Position numbers and translations under genes: made by a program. 64,000 nucleotides of DNA from Cyanidioschyzon merolae (Eukaryota): assembly GCA_000091205.1 (NCBI GenBank), contig AP006502.2; one strand, 5' to 3'. The notes beneath the pieces were generated by a model. The model saw nothing but the letters and a program-made list of their open reading frames with translations. It was not told the origin of the DNA and did no database searches. Shown piece by piece: positions 21,379-33,416 of this stretch; position 1 is the stretch's first letter; each line of letters starts with the position of its first letter.

Positions 21379-22278
21379 TTACGTGGATAGAGAGGTGAGC
21401 GAGTCGAACCAACGGGCGACGCCGAACGCTGCTGCGGCAGCGCAGCCACCGACAGCTGCTGTTTCTATCGCCGACTTCCAACGACTCTGCCCCGTAAACC
21501 CAGCCTTCACCCAGCCAAAAAGGAGCAGCGCTAAAAACGTGAAAAGAATACTCCACATGAGAGCTTCCCGCGCATCGCTAATGAGCAGGTACGGAATCAG
21601 CGGAACAAGGCCCCCGAGCACATATGAGCCGCCTACTGTCAGTGCGCTGCGCCATGGGCGGTTGCGGTCGGGCTCGGAGAGCCCAAGCTCGAACTTCATC
21701 ATAAAGTCTACCCAATCACGCGGATGCTCCCGGAAGTGAGCGAGGACGGACTCGATAGCGCTTTCCGGAACACCAAAGGGGCGGAAAATTTCATAGATTT
21801 CTGCCTCTTCGGCCAAAGGTGTATGCTGAACCTCGCGCTCTTCACGTTCCCGTTCCGATTCAAAGGTTTGCACCTCGGAACGGCCGGCGAGCCAACCACC
21901 AAGACCCATGGAAATACCGCCCGCCACCAGTTCCGATAAAACTGCCAGAACGATGTAGCTTGACTTGGTGAACGCACCAGAGAGACCCGCTGCTAGCGCG
22001 AACGGTACCGTAAGCCCGTCTGCCGCCCCCAAAATCGCATCTTGCACAGCGCCTGACGAGTCACTGTGCTTCTCTTGATGACGTGCATGGTGAGCTTCGA
22101 GAATCAGTTGGCGAGCACGTGAACTATGCAGAACAGGGTGCTGATGACGCACGGAGCCTGTAGCAGCCAGCTGCGCTAACTCCGGAGCCCGCAAACCAGT
22201 CGTCTCACCAACAGCGCTATATGGGGCCGTGTCTGGGTTCCAGCAAGTACCATTTTCCACGTCACGCTGTGACTGCAT
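21379..22278 (-). CDS. VIT-family (CCC1/VIT1-like) vacuolar iron/manganese transporter.
   Basis: HQEKHSDSSGAVQDAILGAADGLTVPFALAAGLSGA and a C-terminal TM helix bundle (SILFTFLALLLFGWVKAGFTG). The track start 22311 is TTG; ATG (MQSQ...) is at 22278. Confidence 0.75.
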   Translation of the reverse strand: MQSQRDVENGTCWNPDTAPYSAVGETTGLRAPELAQLAATGSVRHQHPVLHSSRARQLILEAHHARHQEKHSDSSGAVQDAILGAADGLTVPFALAAGLSGAFTKSSYIVLAVLSELVAGGISMGLGGWLAGRSEVQTFESEREREEREVQHTPLAEEAEIYEIFRPFGVPESAIESVLAHFREHPRDWVDFMMKFELGLSEPDRNRPWRSALTVGGSYVLGGLVPLIPYLLISDAREALMWSILFTFLALLLFGWVKAGFTGQSRWKSAIETAAVGGCAAAAAFGVARWFDSLTSLST

Positions 22279-22479
22279 GCCTGAACAACGTGCACGCCGC
22301 TGAAGAGACAAGTAGCGGCCCTGTAACTAGTACGTTTGCAACGCTGGCTGCCGACGAGAGCGTCGCAACATCGTTCTGCTGTGAATCTTGGGAAGGGTGT
22401 GACGGGATGCGCCTTGCGCTTTGCTCGCCTTTCTTGTTGGTACTGAGCAAAAGGGTATTATCTTCTGGATTCAAGGAAG

Positions 22480-23420
22480 GTCGAGGAAAGATGTGATAAA
22501 TTCATTACGAACTTGCGAAAAACAGCCTTACTTGTACTTGCTGAACATTCTCCGATCAGCAAGTAGATGAGCGAGCCTTCTCGCTGCCCTCATCCTGAAA
22601 GTCATAAAGTAAAACAGAACTTACCAAACCCCTGCCTACGCAAATGCCTTCCCCTCTATGCATTCCACTCCGTATATGTGTTGATAACTAGAACTAAAAA
22701 GCTAAAGGATTTCAAGTTTCCGTACCGATGATACGAACGGTCATGAAGAGAACCGGGTGAATTACGAGATATGCACGCTTCTACGAAAGAATGCCACACA
22801 TTGATCAATACACCATCGAATACGTACAGAAATGCGCAAGTGTATTACAGGAGAGATCGATATCCGTGTCAATCGATACGGTTTTATCATGGGAAAATAC
22901 TAGTCTTGTATACAAGTGTTCAAAGAGGGGCAAATCGCCGTTCGTGAAGAGGATGCTCACGAATATGACGACAACATCATCCCTAGCTGCAGGCCGATTG
23001 CGTGGTGGACTAAAAAACGCTAATCGTTGAAAACCTCAACCTTCGTCGAAGCAGGCTTTGTGGCTTGTACTTTCCGTATGTTTTTGTCCTGCTCGAAAGA
23101 AACCTCGCTTTCCATCACTCAGGAGTAATTAAGGAGCACGCATCTGAGAATTGAGTTGAGCTGCACACGCTGCCAGCCTAAACGCACTGCTTCAATCCAT
23201 TCGAGAGCGTTTTTACCATGACCGAAGGCCACTTCTACGCGCACGTGTCAAGAGACGGATCGCTCGCATCTATGACCCTGTTCTTCGACAAATTGCTCTT
23301 TGAGAAGCCGTTCCCTATCTCCATCAGCCACGAACGGCTGCGTTGATCCTTTGCTCACACAGGGAAGCGAGCATTAAGGCGTGTTCCTGTCCGTTTGAGG
23401 GCTCGCGATCGAGAAAGCGA
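22480..23420. other. AT-rich (about 40-47% GC), ORF-free island inside a 3.4-kb gene desert (22.3-25.8 kb).
   Basis: Manual GC counts of ten consecutive 60-nt lines from 22,501 to 23,100 give 35-50% GC, against roughly 56% in flanking coding DNA. No ORF longer than 80 aa. Confidence 0.5.
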
Positions 23421-25758
23421 TGGAAAGTTACTTAGAGAATCGCAAATACACTCAGAGAGAAGGCGAGTGTCGGTGCGAGCGTGCCCCGATGCATTAAAAT
23501 TCAGCGGGAAAAAACATGGAGTATAACGACCACATCTATGGCTCCTCGTAAAGTAGAGGAGACGGCGAAGAACGGGTAGGGCTTTGTGAGCAGGTACGAA
23601 GCATTTGAACAACTTCGCGAAAAGCTCTTTGTCGTCTGCACCAGCACCTCGATGCGCACCAGTTTTTCTACGTTGCAGAGGGAGCACCCCCGCACTGGCG
23701 GTACAGGTACGTTCGATGGAGAATATGAGCGGCGCCGAAGCAGAGGAGCTGATCGATGCAATTTGGTTCATGAAGTGAACTATGCTTGCTTTGGCCCGAA
23801 TATTCTATGGCACATATGAACTACAAGAGGAAAAGGTATGGATGGTAAAGAAAGACGCCAGGAGGAAGAGAGCTGCGGGACAGGAAGTTCTTCATACGGC
23901 GAGGATTCGTGTCGTCTTCGTTCGTGACCGACGGTGTGGACGTATCCATCGTCATGAACTGCTGCCGAAGGCCATGCTTAAGGACAACCTCAGAGCTGAA
24001 ACGCATTTCTGCTCAGAAGAGCAAGTACGCGGAAGAACCACTAGCAGTGGAGAAGCGTAATCTCACGAATTTGCTTCCGAAGCCCGTGTAACTCGGGCCG
24101 GAACCAGGAGAGCGAGACTCTACACCTGCACTTCCGTGAGATCCGAGGACGAGTGCGAGCGTTGTGTATCAACAGACGACGCTCTGGAGCCACAATTCGC
24201 AGAGCCTCCGAATCCCACATACAGCGGTTACTTCAGCTCACACACCTGCGGTTTCCATCACAGCGGAAGAAACGGGTAAGATAACTGTTCAATGCGCGAG
24301 CCAGTGAAGCAGAATGGAGTCGTACAAGTGCTGACCGTATTGCTGTGAATCGATGGAAGATGGGGATACGATGTCTACGAATGGTTACGGTACTTTGAAG
24401 TCCGTCACCCTTATTCGCAGTTCTTTTGTGAAGAGTGCCCAGAACACGGAGAGCGCGTTATCGAGCGGCATCATGTGCGCTCTCACGTGCAGCGGACGGA
24501 GTATTCGCCAAAGGTATCGCCCAGAGCACGCTCATTACCTTAGCGTAAAGCCCCGAGCGCCTAAGCTGAGAAGAGCATGGAGGAGTACCTTCTTTACTCA
24601 TCACGCATGTGTGCCGAGAGATGAAGCAAGTGTTCACACACCATGGGGCGGCGCCCAGACTAGGCGTCACTGCGGATGGATGGAAACAAGTGGCCATCGT
24701 AAAGGGTCATTGCGGCGGAGGGCGCACCGAGGCTGTATGAAAAGAAGATGCAACTGGCAAGCGAAGCGTAGACTGCAACTTCCGTCCTTGAACGTAGTGC
24801 GTCAACAATAGCTCAAGGTATCGAACTCGAGACTTGAACCCTGCCATCATCATTAACATCCTTCGTCTGCCGATGCCGGCGCTGGGGATGCAGCAGCAAC
24901 CAACATATTCTATCCCGGAGATCACAGGCAGGAAACGGAAGCATTCGCAGAAAGCGCCGGCAAAGGCCTGTGTTGGTGATGATATGGATAGAAAGAACGA
25001 ATGTTCACTGAGCGCGTCCGAGTCTGCTAGGAAGAGCGTTACATTTCACGCTAACATTGATCTAACGAGCCGTGCCGACGGTGCACAAGGCACACAAGCT
25101 GCACGATCAAGCGGTGTACGAGTGCAGCAATGACATTGCCCTGTCTTGCACAGACATCTTGTCACACGCATTCCTTGCATGAAACCTCTGTGAAGCGGCA
25201 TTTTATTTTAGATCTTTTACGCAGTCAAAGCGTTCTGACGGTGACGCTGCCTCAAAAGCGACCACTTGGCAATTCTGCACATCGTCGACCTCGCGCCAGA
25301 GCCAGGCGGTGCTCTAGTCCATTCTAAGCACGCTCTTGTGCGCTAAACATCCTCAGTGACACAAATATGCATCGCTTTCGACAGGTCCGTCGCTGTAGAG
25401 GCAAAGCGGTCATACCGCATTCACCTCAACTGGCATCGGAGGGCGCTGACCCAAATCGAGCCATGATGCCAGCGACTCGGAACTCCAACAATGCGGCACA
25501 TCATCTAGAGTTTGTAAGTTCGTACGCGTGCACAGGTCTGCTGTGCATGATCCGCTTCACTGAGCACATAAGGCTCCACAGGACCGCGCAAGCATAGCGC
25601 CGGCCGGGCCAGCTCCTCCTGCGAGACCAACAAGCTCTGCGCTTCAGTATGGCACACCATCATCGACAGCGAGTCGAGTGCTCTCGAGCTGGAGAGCTTC
25701 CCTTCCTCTTAACCAAGCTGCCATTCTTGTGCAGGCTATCTTCAGCGGCTTGTTGTCT

Positions 25759-26808
25759 TCAGCTCACGCGAATCGAGGTCGGATGTGCTGGTTCTTCCGC
25801 CTTCGCAGTTGTCGTCAGTCCGGCGCTTCGCGACGATCGCTCGCTACCAGCGATCATCTCAGAGCGCCTCACCATGGTGTACGCGAGGGAACCACCCAGC
25901 ACGATGAATATGCTGAGCAAGCCGAGAACCGTAATCGGATTTCGGTAGACGAGCAAGGCCAAGAAAGTCTGAGCGGCTGCTTTTGCCGTACACGAGACAT
26001 TGTGGGTGAGAGGGCTCGTCCATTTGATCTGCGCCGCCGCAGCAAAGCTGATGGCGATGCCCAGCATCCCACCTACACTCATAAGCGTCCAAAATAGAGG
26101 CGTTCTGGTCGTAGGGTTTTGAAAAATTTCCGATACCTCCCCGGTGAGCAGGATAAGCGGAACAAACAGCACAGTCGCATTCAGATTATTATACAGTGTC
26201 AGTTTCCATGGGTTATTATCGACATGCGCCAAGTTCTTTTTCACAAAAATTGAATTCAACGCAACGAAAAACGACGACGCTAGCCCGAACAGAACACCCA
26301 TGAGTGACCAGCGCACTTCCTGGTCGTTGCCGAGCACATACCCGAAAATCACCACGGCGAGGCAGACCATAGCTTCCAGGGACGTACGCTGGCCCAGAAT
26401 CAGAAAGTCAAGCAGCACGTTGAAAACTACCGTCAGTGACCTTGCAACCTGATAAAACGATACCTCGACGTACTTGAGGCATACATTGTTGGTAGCTGTC
26501 ATTGCGACAAATACTGCAGAGAGTGGAAGCATCTTCCATAAAACAGCACGTTGCACCTCGAAGCGAGGAACGCCACCAATACCCAGTACTCCCAGAACAT
26601 AGCACCCAACAACAGTGCAGAGACATTGGTACCAGGTCACGAAGAGTGGTGCGTCAACCCTGGTACCTGGTTGACTCAGCACGGCCTTATTCAGGAAGAC
26701 CATGGCGATGGAGATGATCCAGTACGACGCGACTGCTACCGCGATTCGAGTCGACTTGGTCGCCAAGTTCAACTTGTCATCTCCGTTGAAGATCGTTGCT
26801 TTGTCCAT
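25759..26808 (-). CDS. Nucleotide-sugar transporter (TPT/DMT superfamily, SLC35-like).
   Basis: About 10 predicted TM helices and two EamA-like halves; resembles the SLC35C/E family (KSTRIAVAVASYWIISIAMVFLNKAVL). The track start 26823 is TTG; ATG (MDKATIF...) is at 26808. Confidence 0.65.
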   Translation of the reverse strand: MDKATIFNGDDKLNLATKSTRIAVAVASYWIISIAMVFLNKAVLSQPGTRVDAPLFVTWYQCLCTVVGCYVLGVLGIGGVPRFEVQRAVLWKMLPLSAVFVAMTATNNVCLKYVEVSFYQVARSLTVVFNVLLDFLILGQRTSLEAMVCLAVVIFGYVLGNDQEVRWSLMGVLFGLASSFFVALNSIFVKKNLAHVDNNPWKLTLYNNLNATVLFVPLILLTGEVSEIFQNPTTRTPLFWTLMSVGGMLGIAISFAAAAQIKWTSPLTHNVSCTAKAAAQTFLALLVYRNPITVLGLLSIFIVLGGSLAYTMVRRSEMIAGSERSSRSAGLTTTAKAEEPAHPTSIRVS

Positions 26809-27029
26809 GGAGTTAGAAAGCAACGAAAAACTAGCGTTCTAAGAACCCCGCTACGTTTTGTGAAACGAAGTACTGTGTGTAGCGCTGTGAACGCGCTCGC
26901 CAGCGTCCACGATGGGTGGACACGCGCGCTAGCAGCGGCCGCCGCGGCGATCGTGCTGCTGGTACAGTTGGCACTGGTAATGAAGCCTGACCTTGAAGGC
27001 GGGACTCGAGCGCATCTCAACGTCAATGC

Positions 27030-29505
27030 CAGCTTGGGTAGCGCATCGTAGGGGCATCGAGAGTAGTGTGCTGTCGAAACTGGGGCATTTGCTCTGTACC
27101 AACAGAAAGGTACTGGGAATCAGCGGTTTTCTCGATCGATTTAGCGGATGAAGATGCGTTTCATCGGGAAGGAAAAATGATTCTGCTGGAATAGATGGAA
27201 TACTTTGTCTGGTGTCCAGAGGAAATGTGTCGCTCGATTCCTCCGCTGAAAGAATGGACGACGAGTGCGTACCAGTGACCGAAGGAAAAGTTCCGGATAT
27301 CAAGTTGAAGCTGAAGTCTTTCCTCCGAGAGCGCTATCGCAAACGGATAAAGGCCTTCGTCTCGCGTATAAACTCATCCTGGGCTAGCGACTGGAAAAGG
27401 AAATCAACGCCCTTGCGAACCTCCGCATGCTAGGGATTCTCTCTGGAGACCCTTGACTCGGGTCACACGATCGTTTGTTTCCCTTGCTGCTATCACCGAA
27501 AAGACTTAGGTACAAGAAGGTCAAAGATTGGACGAGCGAAGAGGCCACAAACGCGCTCCCGTTCCCGGATAGGAACTTTTCTTTGCGCTCGCTGAATCGC
27601 CTCTACCGAGCGGAGCACCCGAGACCACGCCAGAGCCATTGGCTCGAGTCTCGTGTCGAGCCCAGGTGAACGCGATTGCCTCCGAGGCGGGCGAACGTAA
27701 GCACAAACCGGAATGCCGAAACATTGAGTGCCACCGAATGGGTATTTCTTTGGAATGACGCAGATGCCCGCAGAGCTTTCCATTTTGAGGGCGACCATAC
27801 AAACGCATCACATCAAGATGAATCTCGGGTGTCGTGCCGCCTGTTACATCCAGCTCATGCATGGAAACGCAACCAAGGGCGTCTCGAGAGAGACAGATAG
27901 AAACAGAGAGAAACACTTTCTCTGTGCCGCCGTCACTCGACCGTTCGAGGGTGTCGACGTTCTCGGCCCGCCAAGTGATATAGAACGGAAAGCGAAGATG
28001 AAACTGGCGGTCGAGATCGCCGAAGACTTGAAGAGACACATTGACTAGGGTTTGTCTCTGACTGAAGCATTGGTGCACGACGCGCTTGGCGCTTCCTCGA
28101 CCGCACAAACCTCTGGAAGAGGGTATAAACGCTTCGAATACTTGGCGAGAGCAGGATACAGAATGCAGAAGAGGCGAGCGCCACCCCAGGACGTTCTGTC
28201 TGCTGCCGACGAAGCGTGGCTTCACAACTTGTTACGTTCGTGTCAGTTACTTGGCCGTCATGGGCACTCTGCGACGCCACGGCGTTCTGAGAATGAAAGA
28301 AGTCGAAAGGAAATCGAGGCGGGAAATAAAGAGGAAGGTTTACCAGCAAAGCCTCCATATCGAAGCTGCCGAAGCAATGAACAGCCCAATAGGTTTCCGT
28401 TTTCTCTCGGATGGATACGATGTCAGTGTGCAACCGAGAGCATAGTCGAATATTTCGAGTCGAATGGGAAACGACGAAAGCCTCCTGTCTCTGAAACGCA
28501 ACCAAAAGCTCGTAGGCGTGGAGCCGGGTTTTCCGGACGCAGTCACCACTGCGGACTCGGGCGCCGGTTCAGAAACGCGTCATTTACACCAGCAGAAGAA
28601 AGGACTTCGAGGCGAGGATCGCGTACAGCGCGAGGAAAACGCTAAAAACAAGAATCAACAGACAGACATACGGACGGACGGACGACGTGACTGCTTGTCT
28701 CCGCATTTGCGAGATAACAGACTCGGAAGCTTCCGAAACTCGTCTGCGGCCGTATTTGAGCATTCTTCCGGAATGACTGCGAGACAGAGCTCGTTCTGGA
28801 TACCAGCGCCTGAGGTGCCATTCGTTCCACGTTCGACCAGAGGGCAATCCATGGATGTTCAGTCTCTTCTGGTACCGAGTGGCGAAGAGTCGGTCATCGA
28901 GCTCGGAGAGCGGGATGAGGGCGCCAAGCGTCCGATATCCCGTCATACGTCCAGTGCATGGGCAGCGATAACAAACAAGTCAACGGGAACGCCTGATGTG
29001 CGTATGGCGGACCTCTATGAATGCCGGACGTCGCTGCCGTGTTGGCGGTGCGCAAGTCGCCTCTCGAACACGAACGGAGCGACGACGTGGGTCATCACGA
29101 AGAATGAGTCGAGAGAAAGGAAAAGAAAGGAACTCGTACATGTCTCGGATTCACAGAGCACTGCACTGCAAGTGTGTCAGATGCGGGAGCAGCGCGGACT
29201 CTCCCAGCAGAGGTACCACATGGAACTGTGGCGACGACAACGCGTGCCACAACATCCTGGGGCTGCTGCAGGTCGGAATGCGAAGCAGTCGACAACCTGC
29301 ACCGTTTCGCCGCGCGATAAAAAATGAACATCCTGTGACTGAGGCAAAAAGCCGTGGCATCCTCGCAGACCAAAGCGTCTTGATGCGAAGTATGGGTTAC
29401 GTTACCTTGGATCTCGTATATAACGAGCATTATATTCTGATAAAGTCACGCGCGAGAAACTGACATGAAACGCCAATCCGACGATTTTTGCGTATGCATG
29501 TATGG
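27030..29505. repeat. IR1-L: left arm of a ~2.47-kb inverted repeat pair.
   Basis: Translated ORFs recur in the opposite orientation at 43,155-45,615, with at most one substitution in the inner half of the arm (28996..29463 vs 43192..43659 differ at one residue in 155 aa; 29095..29430 vs 43225..43560 are identical over 111 aa). The coordinate sum is constant at about 72,655. Boundaries were checked by reverse-complementing the ends. Confidence 0.9.
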
Positions 29506-29635
29506 CGCTTCCTGCCGCATTACGCGGCTGTTTGAAGACGGCAAACAGCACAACGCACAACGGACTCCGAAGACTGGTGTTTGATCAAGACCACTTATTC
29601 GTAGTTATGCGAGAAACGGTCTTTGACTCGAGAAA

Positions 29636-31483
29636 ATGCGCAAAGACGGTGTAGGAGACGCGAGGCAAGAGCACGCTCTGAAACGGCAGCGGTTGCTTGG
29701 TACACGGGCAAGTGAGCGCGAGATCGTCGAAAGTGATGTGCAGTTGGGCAACTCTTGTCTGGGCTTTTACCTCAACCAGATGGACGTCGTCGACGACGGG
29801 CGGAACGGTGCACATGCACCATACGTCGTGAGCCTCGCCGAGTTGTTCCAGGATGGGCGTCTGCTCCGGGGCTGCTCTTCAGGGACGTGCCCGGTGAGCC
29901 GCAGCGGGCCCTCGAGTGACGGTGCTGCTCCGCGGCGAGTCTCGCGGGAGCCGTTTCCGGGCATCACAGACGCACTGCTCGCAAACTTCGTCGCGGACTA
30001 TGACGCGAGCTTCTTCTTCGACCAGTGCCCGTCCCTGTACCAAACGACGGGACAGCTCGTATTGATCACCGGGGATGCACCGTCGCGGATAGCAGCGCTT
30101 CGAGGCTGGGTTCGGGATCACCTGCATGCCCTGGCTGAACGCACGCGAGTCCTAGGCGTATCGGGGCTGTTCAGCGGACGCGCTCCAAGTGCATGCGAAC
30201 AGGGTCCAGACTCGTTAAGTGCCCGCGTCGATGGCGCTGGTGGTGGTGGCGGCGGCGTCCATCACAGCAAGTTTATGATTCTACGCTTGCGAGACGATCG
30301 GGTTCGCCTCGTGATTCATACAAGTAACGACATCGCATACGACTGGTTTTTCAAATGTCAAGGAATATTTGCCGTGGATTTGCCGCTGCGCGGAGCTGGC
30401 AGCGCATCCCCGAACACCGGCTTTTGTGCGGATCTCCAGCAGTATTTGGGTGCGTATATCCGGGCCGGCGAACGGGCCCTGCACGGCGGCGTGACGAGCG
30501 CTCGACGTTTCGGGACGATGGTTGCCCCGGGAGATGCGGCGTCTCTCGTAGACGCTGTGTCGCATTTTCGTCGGCTCATGACGTGTTGCGATTACAGCGC
30601 TGTGGACGGAGTTCGTCTGGTATCATCGGTGCCCGGTTGGCATCGAATCTCGGGGCAGAGCAGAACGAGTCAAACGAGCCGGACCGCATCTCATGCTGTG
30701 TGTGCGTTCGGACATCTACGCTTAGCAAATCTGGTTGCTTCGAGCTTGCGCCATTGTACAGAGGCGGCCCGGCACCCGAATTCGCTCGCTTTCGTGTTGC
30801 AAGGCAGCTCGCTTTCGTCCGTGGATGCTCGTTGTCCAAGAGCCGCCTCGGAGACGCTTGCTCGTTACTGGCTTACATCGGAGCTCTTCCGATCGCTCTG
30901 TGGTGGTGATGGTGGTGGTGGTGGTGTTGGCGAGGAATCGGTGTTCGCGAAGCTTGCTGAGGGATCAGCTCAAGTGTATTTGGTATGGCCGACCAGAACT
31001 CAGGTCCTGACAAGCATCGTCGGCATCGACAGCGGCATGGGTTTGATTGCCCGCGCGCAAGCGTTTCTGGATCCAGAAATCCGTCAGCTACTGACTCGCT
31101 GGAATGCTGACTGGTGTGCGCGAACCAGTGTCATGCCGCACATGAAGACGATCAGTTGCTGGGACACTCGGACTGACCAATGTCTCTACTGCTACCTGGG
31201 CTCAGCGAATGTAACACCCGCTGCCTGGGGAATTACCCAGAAGCAGGGAAGTCTCCTGCGCTGCATGAACTGGGAGCTTGGTGTGCTGTTCACTAGCGGA
31301 TATCTGGCGACTCCCAAACTGTACAGAGAACTGCGACACTATGCAGACAGGTCGAATGAGCGAGAGCTCAACGAGCCGCGTTCTATTATCCTGCTCCCCC
31401 TGCCGTACACCCCAGGTGCTTGCGCCGGCGCTCGGTACCAGGAGCGTCTGGACCAACCCTGGTCCAGTGATGCCATGATCTGA
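29636..31483 (+). CDS. Tyrosyl-DNA phosphodiesterase 1 (Tdp1, PLD superfamily).
   Basis: Two HKN/HKD motifs: HSKFMILRL and HMKTISC...LGSANVTPAAWG (compare the Tdp1 GSANLSKAAWG motif). ATG at 29636. Confidence 0.75.
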   Translation: MRKDGVGDARQEHALKRQRLLGTRASEREIVESDVQLGNSCLGFYLNQMDVVDDGRNGAHAPYVVSLAELFQDGRLLRGCSSGTCPVSRSGPSSDGAAPRRVSREPFPGITDALLANFVADYDASFFFDQCPSLYQTTGQLVLITGDAPSRIAALRGWVRDHLHALAERTRVLGVSGLFSGRAPSACEQGPDSLSARVDGAGGGGGGVHHSKFMILRLRDDRVRLVIHTSNDIAYDWFFKCQGIFAVDLPLRGAGSASPNTGFCADLQQYLGAYIRAGERALHGGVTSARRFGTMVAPGDAASLVDAVSHFRRLMTCCDYSAVDGVRLVSSVPGWHRISGQSRTSQTSRTASHAVCAFGHLRLANLVASSLRHCTEAARHPNSLAFVLQGSSLSSVDARCPRAASETLARYWLTSELFRSLCGGDGGGGGVGEESVFAKLAEGSAQVYLVWPTRTQVLTSIVGIDSGMGLIARAQAFLDPEIRQLLTRWNADWCARTSVMPHMKTISCWDTRTDQCLYCYLGSANVTPAAWGITQKQGSLLRCMNWELGVLFTSGYLATPKLYRELRHYADRSNERELNEPRSIILLPLPYTPGACAGARYQERLDQPWSSDAMI

Positions 31484-32650
31484 TTCGAAATCGCTTGGTG
31501 GTGCTGTTCACGTCGCCAGCTGCGGCTCTGAATGCACCAACGCATATCATGATCTCCAGTGAGACATGTCGCCGCTCGACAAATAGACTCCAGGCGATCA
31601 GGCTTCGCAGTGGTCGATTTACGGCACTGCGCTTCTGTAGAGTGATAAGCGGCAAGTACTTCGTTTTCCAAGCACGTTCTACGTTTGCACGCTCAGACGA
31701 ATGGCCGGAACATCGGTATCATCGGACTGATCATGCATTGCATGCGCGAATGCACCTTGGACGAAACGTTCTACCTCCATGAAGCGACGTGCCGTGCCAG
31801 GATCCAGCGTGGCGAGTCGAAATGACAATGTCGGTGCATCAGCAACGATGACGCAACGCAGCAGCGGACGCGTTTCCGGTCCCGCTACCGGCGATAGTAA
31901 TCTTCCGCTAACGTGCACTCCAGCGCATACCGAAAGATTCCCAGGCTCATATCGCACACACGTGCTCGCTACTCGGATCGCTTCATCATACCTGATGGAT
32001 GCCTGATGGCTTGGGATTCCATTGCGGTTGGCCATGACTCCGTCCGGAGGTGCGTTCGCATCTGCATGGCAGCGAGTTTTCCATGTCTGGTCGTTGCTGA
32101 TACGAAAGCGTAATCGCTCTCGATCCAGTCATGACATTTGGAACGAATCCGCTGCTTATGTGCTGAGGAAATCGCGAAGACTAGTGAATGCGCGTGTGAT
32201 GAGCAATAAACGATACACTGAACGCAGCGATCGGGAACGATGGCGAGGGAGTGACGGCAGCGGAGAATCGATGCAGCCGCGCTAACACAGTAAACAACAT
32301 GACGAGCATCTCTGAAAGCGTACTACGCTCGCTTTACCAAAATTTACACTCTACCGATACCACGCACCACATCAAAGAGCTGCGTTCCACTCAACAGAAC
32401 CTCGTCTCTGCCAATAGAGCCGTCGTGTTCCGCTGCGTACTCGTATGAGACGAGTCACAACAGGAACTTGCGCGGTATCCGAATAGGTCATTGGTTTTTT
32501 TTCATCGCTAGATGCAATCGTTCCGCCCGAACTGCATCCGGATGCGGATATGTATGCCACCATCCCGCTGCTGTGCGATGCAGGCGATGCGATGCACGCG
32601 TCCCTACTCGGAGATCGCTGCCATCCAGCGTCACTGAGGTGTCCGGTTCG

Positions 32651-32678
32651 TGCGTGCGTGCGTGCGTGCGTGCGTGCC
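32651..32678. repeat. (TGCG)7 microsatellite.
   Basis: gtgcgtgcgtgcgtgcgtgcgtgcgtgc read directly. Confidence 0.9.
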
Positions 32679-33416
32679 AGGGTACAGGGTCGGGCGCACG
32701 CATCAGGCCGGTGAGGTTGGACATAGCGCCCATTCCTGGTACGCCTGCAGCGCTGATGCGCGAGTTTCGTTGACGAATGCCCGCGCGTCCATCGTGCTGT
32801 GCGTGTCTTCCGGTGCACCTGAGGCACCACTCAGAGACGCAAGTACCGGGTGCGTCTGAGGTATCTCTTCGTCATGTGCTGGTTGCAGTGGTCGATTTCC
32901 AGAGGCTTGCTCCTTGCGAGTCCATTCGGCCATGATTCCGACCGAGGTGCTGTTTGCTGATGTCCAAGGTCGACGGATTCGTCGCAGTTCCAGTCCGGGG
33001 ACGCTTTGCAGGTGATTGAAGGAGCGGGTTTGTGCCGATTGTATCCTATTCGCTGTGAAAGCGCCAGCTTGCCAGCGATGAAGCGCGGAAGCCCGGCTTG
33101 GCTATCATTCTCGTTTTGTGCAGTTCCAGAAAGAACAACGGTCATGTGAATCCAGTCCAGCACTGGATGCACCGACTTTCATGTGGACAATCGCGTGGGC
33201 GCTTCAGGATCGGCATTCGGATCTGATGATTTCTCGTCGGGCCGCGTGGATGCCAGACATTCCACATGCGCTCGTGCTCGCCATCCCGTGGCCGTCAGGA
33301 AGAGCGCGTCGCCAGTCGCGTCAGCACAGAGCGTGTCTAAACCCGAAAAACATCCAGACGCTCCGCTGATACGCACGATGGAGACCTGCTCGTATAGGGA
33401 GGCTGCGACGCCATCG

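Noticed and set aside
22311-25759. Scanned the gene desert by eye for tRNA T-loop (GTTCGAATC) and U1/U2/U6 snRNA consensus strings.
   Set aside because: No convincing match found manually. Cannot exclude non-coding RNAs without a covariance-model search, so none is reported.
27030-29505. Many 100-290-aa ORFs in all six frames within the IR1 arms (e.g. 28464..29327, 27521..28225, 28996..29463). Considered as transposase or other coding genes of a mobile element.
   Set aside because: No catalytic or structural motif was recognisable. The ORFs overlap one another on both strands. Several start with non-ATG codons in the track. The two arm copies differ by frameshifting indels that would not be tolerated in coding sequence. 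Treated as non-coding repeat DNA.
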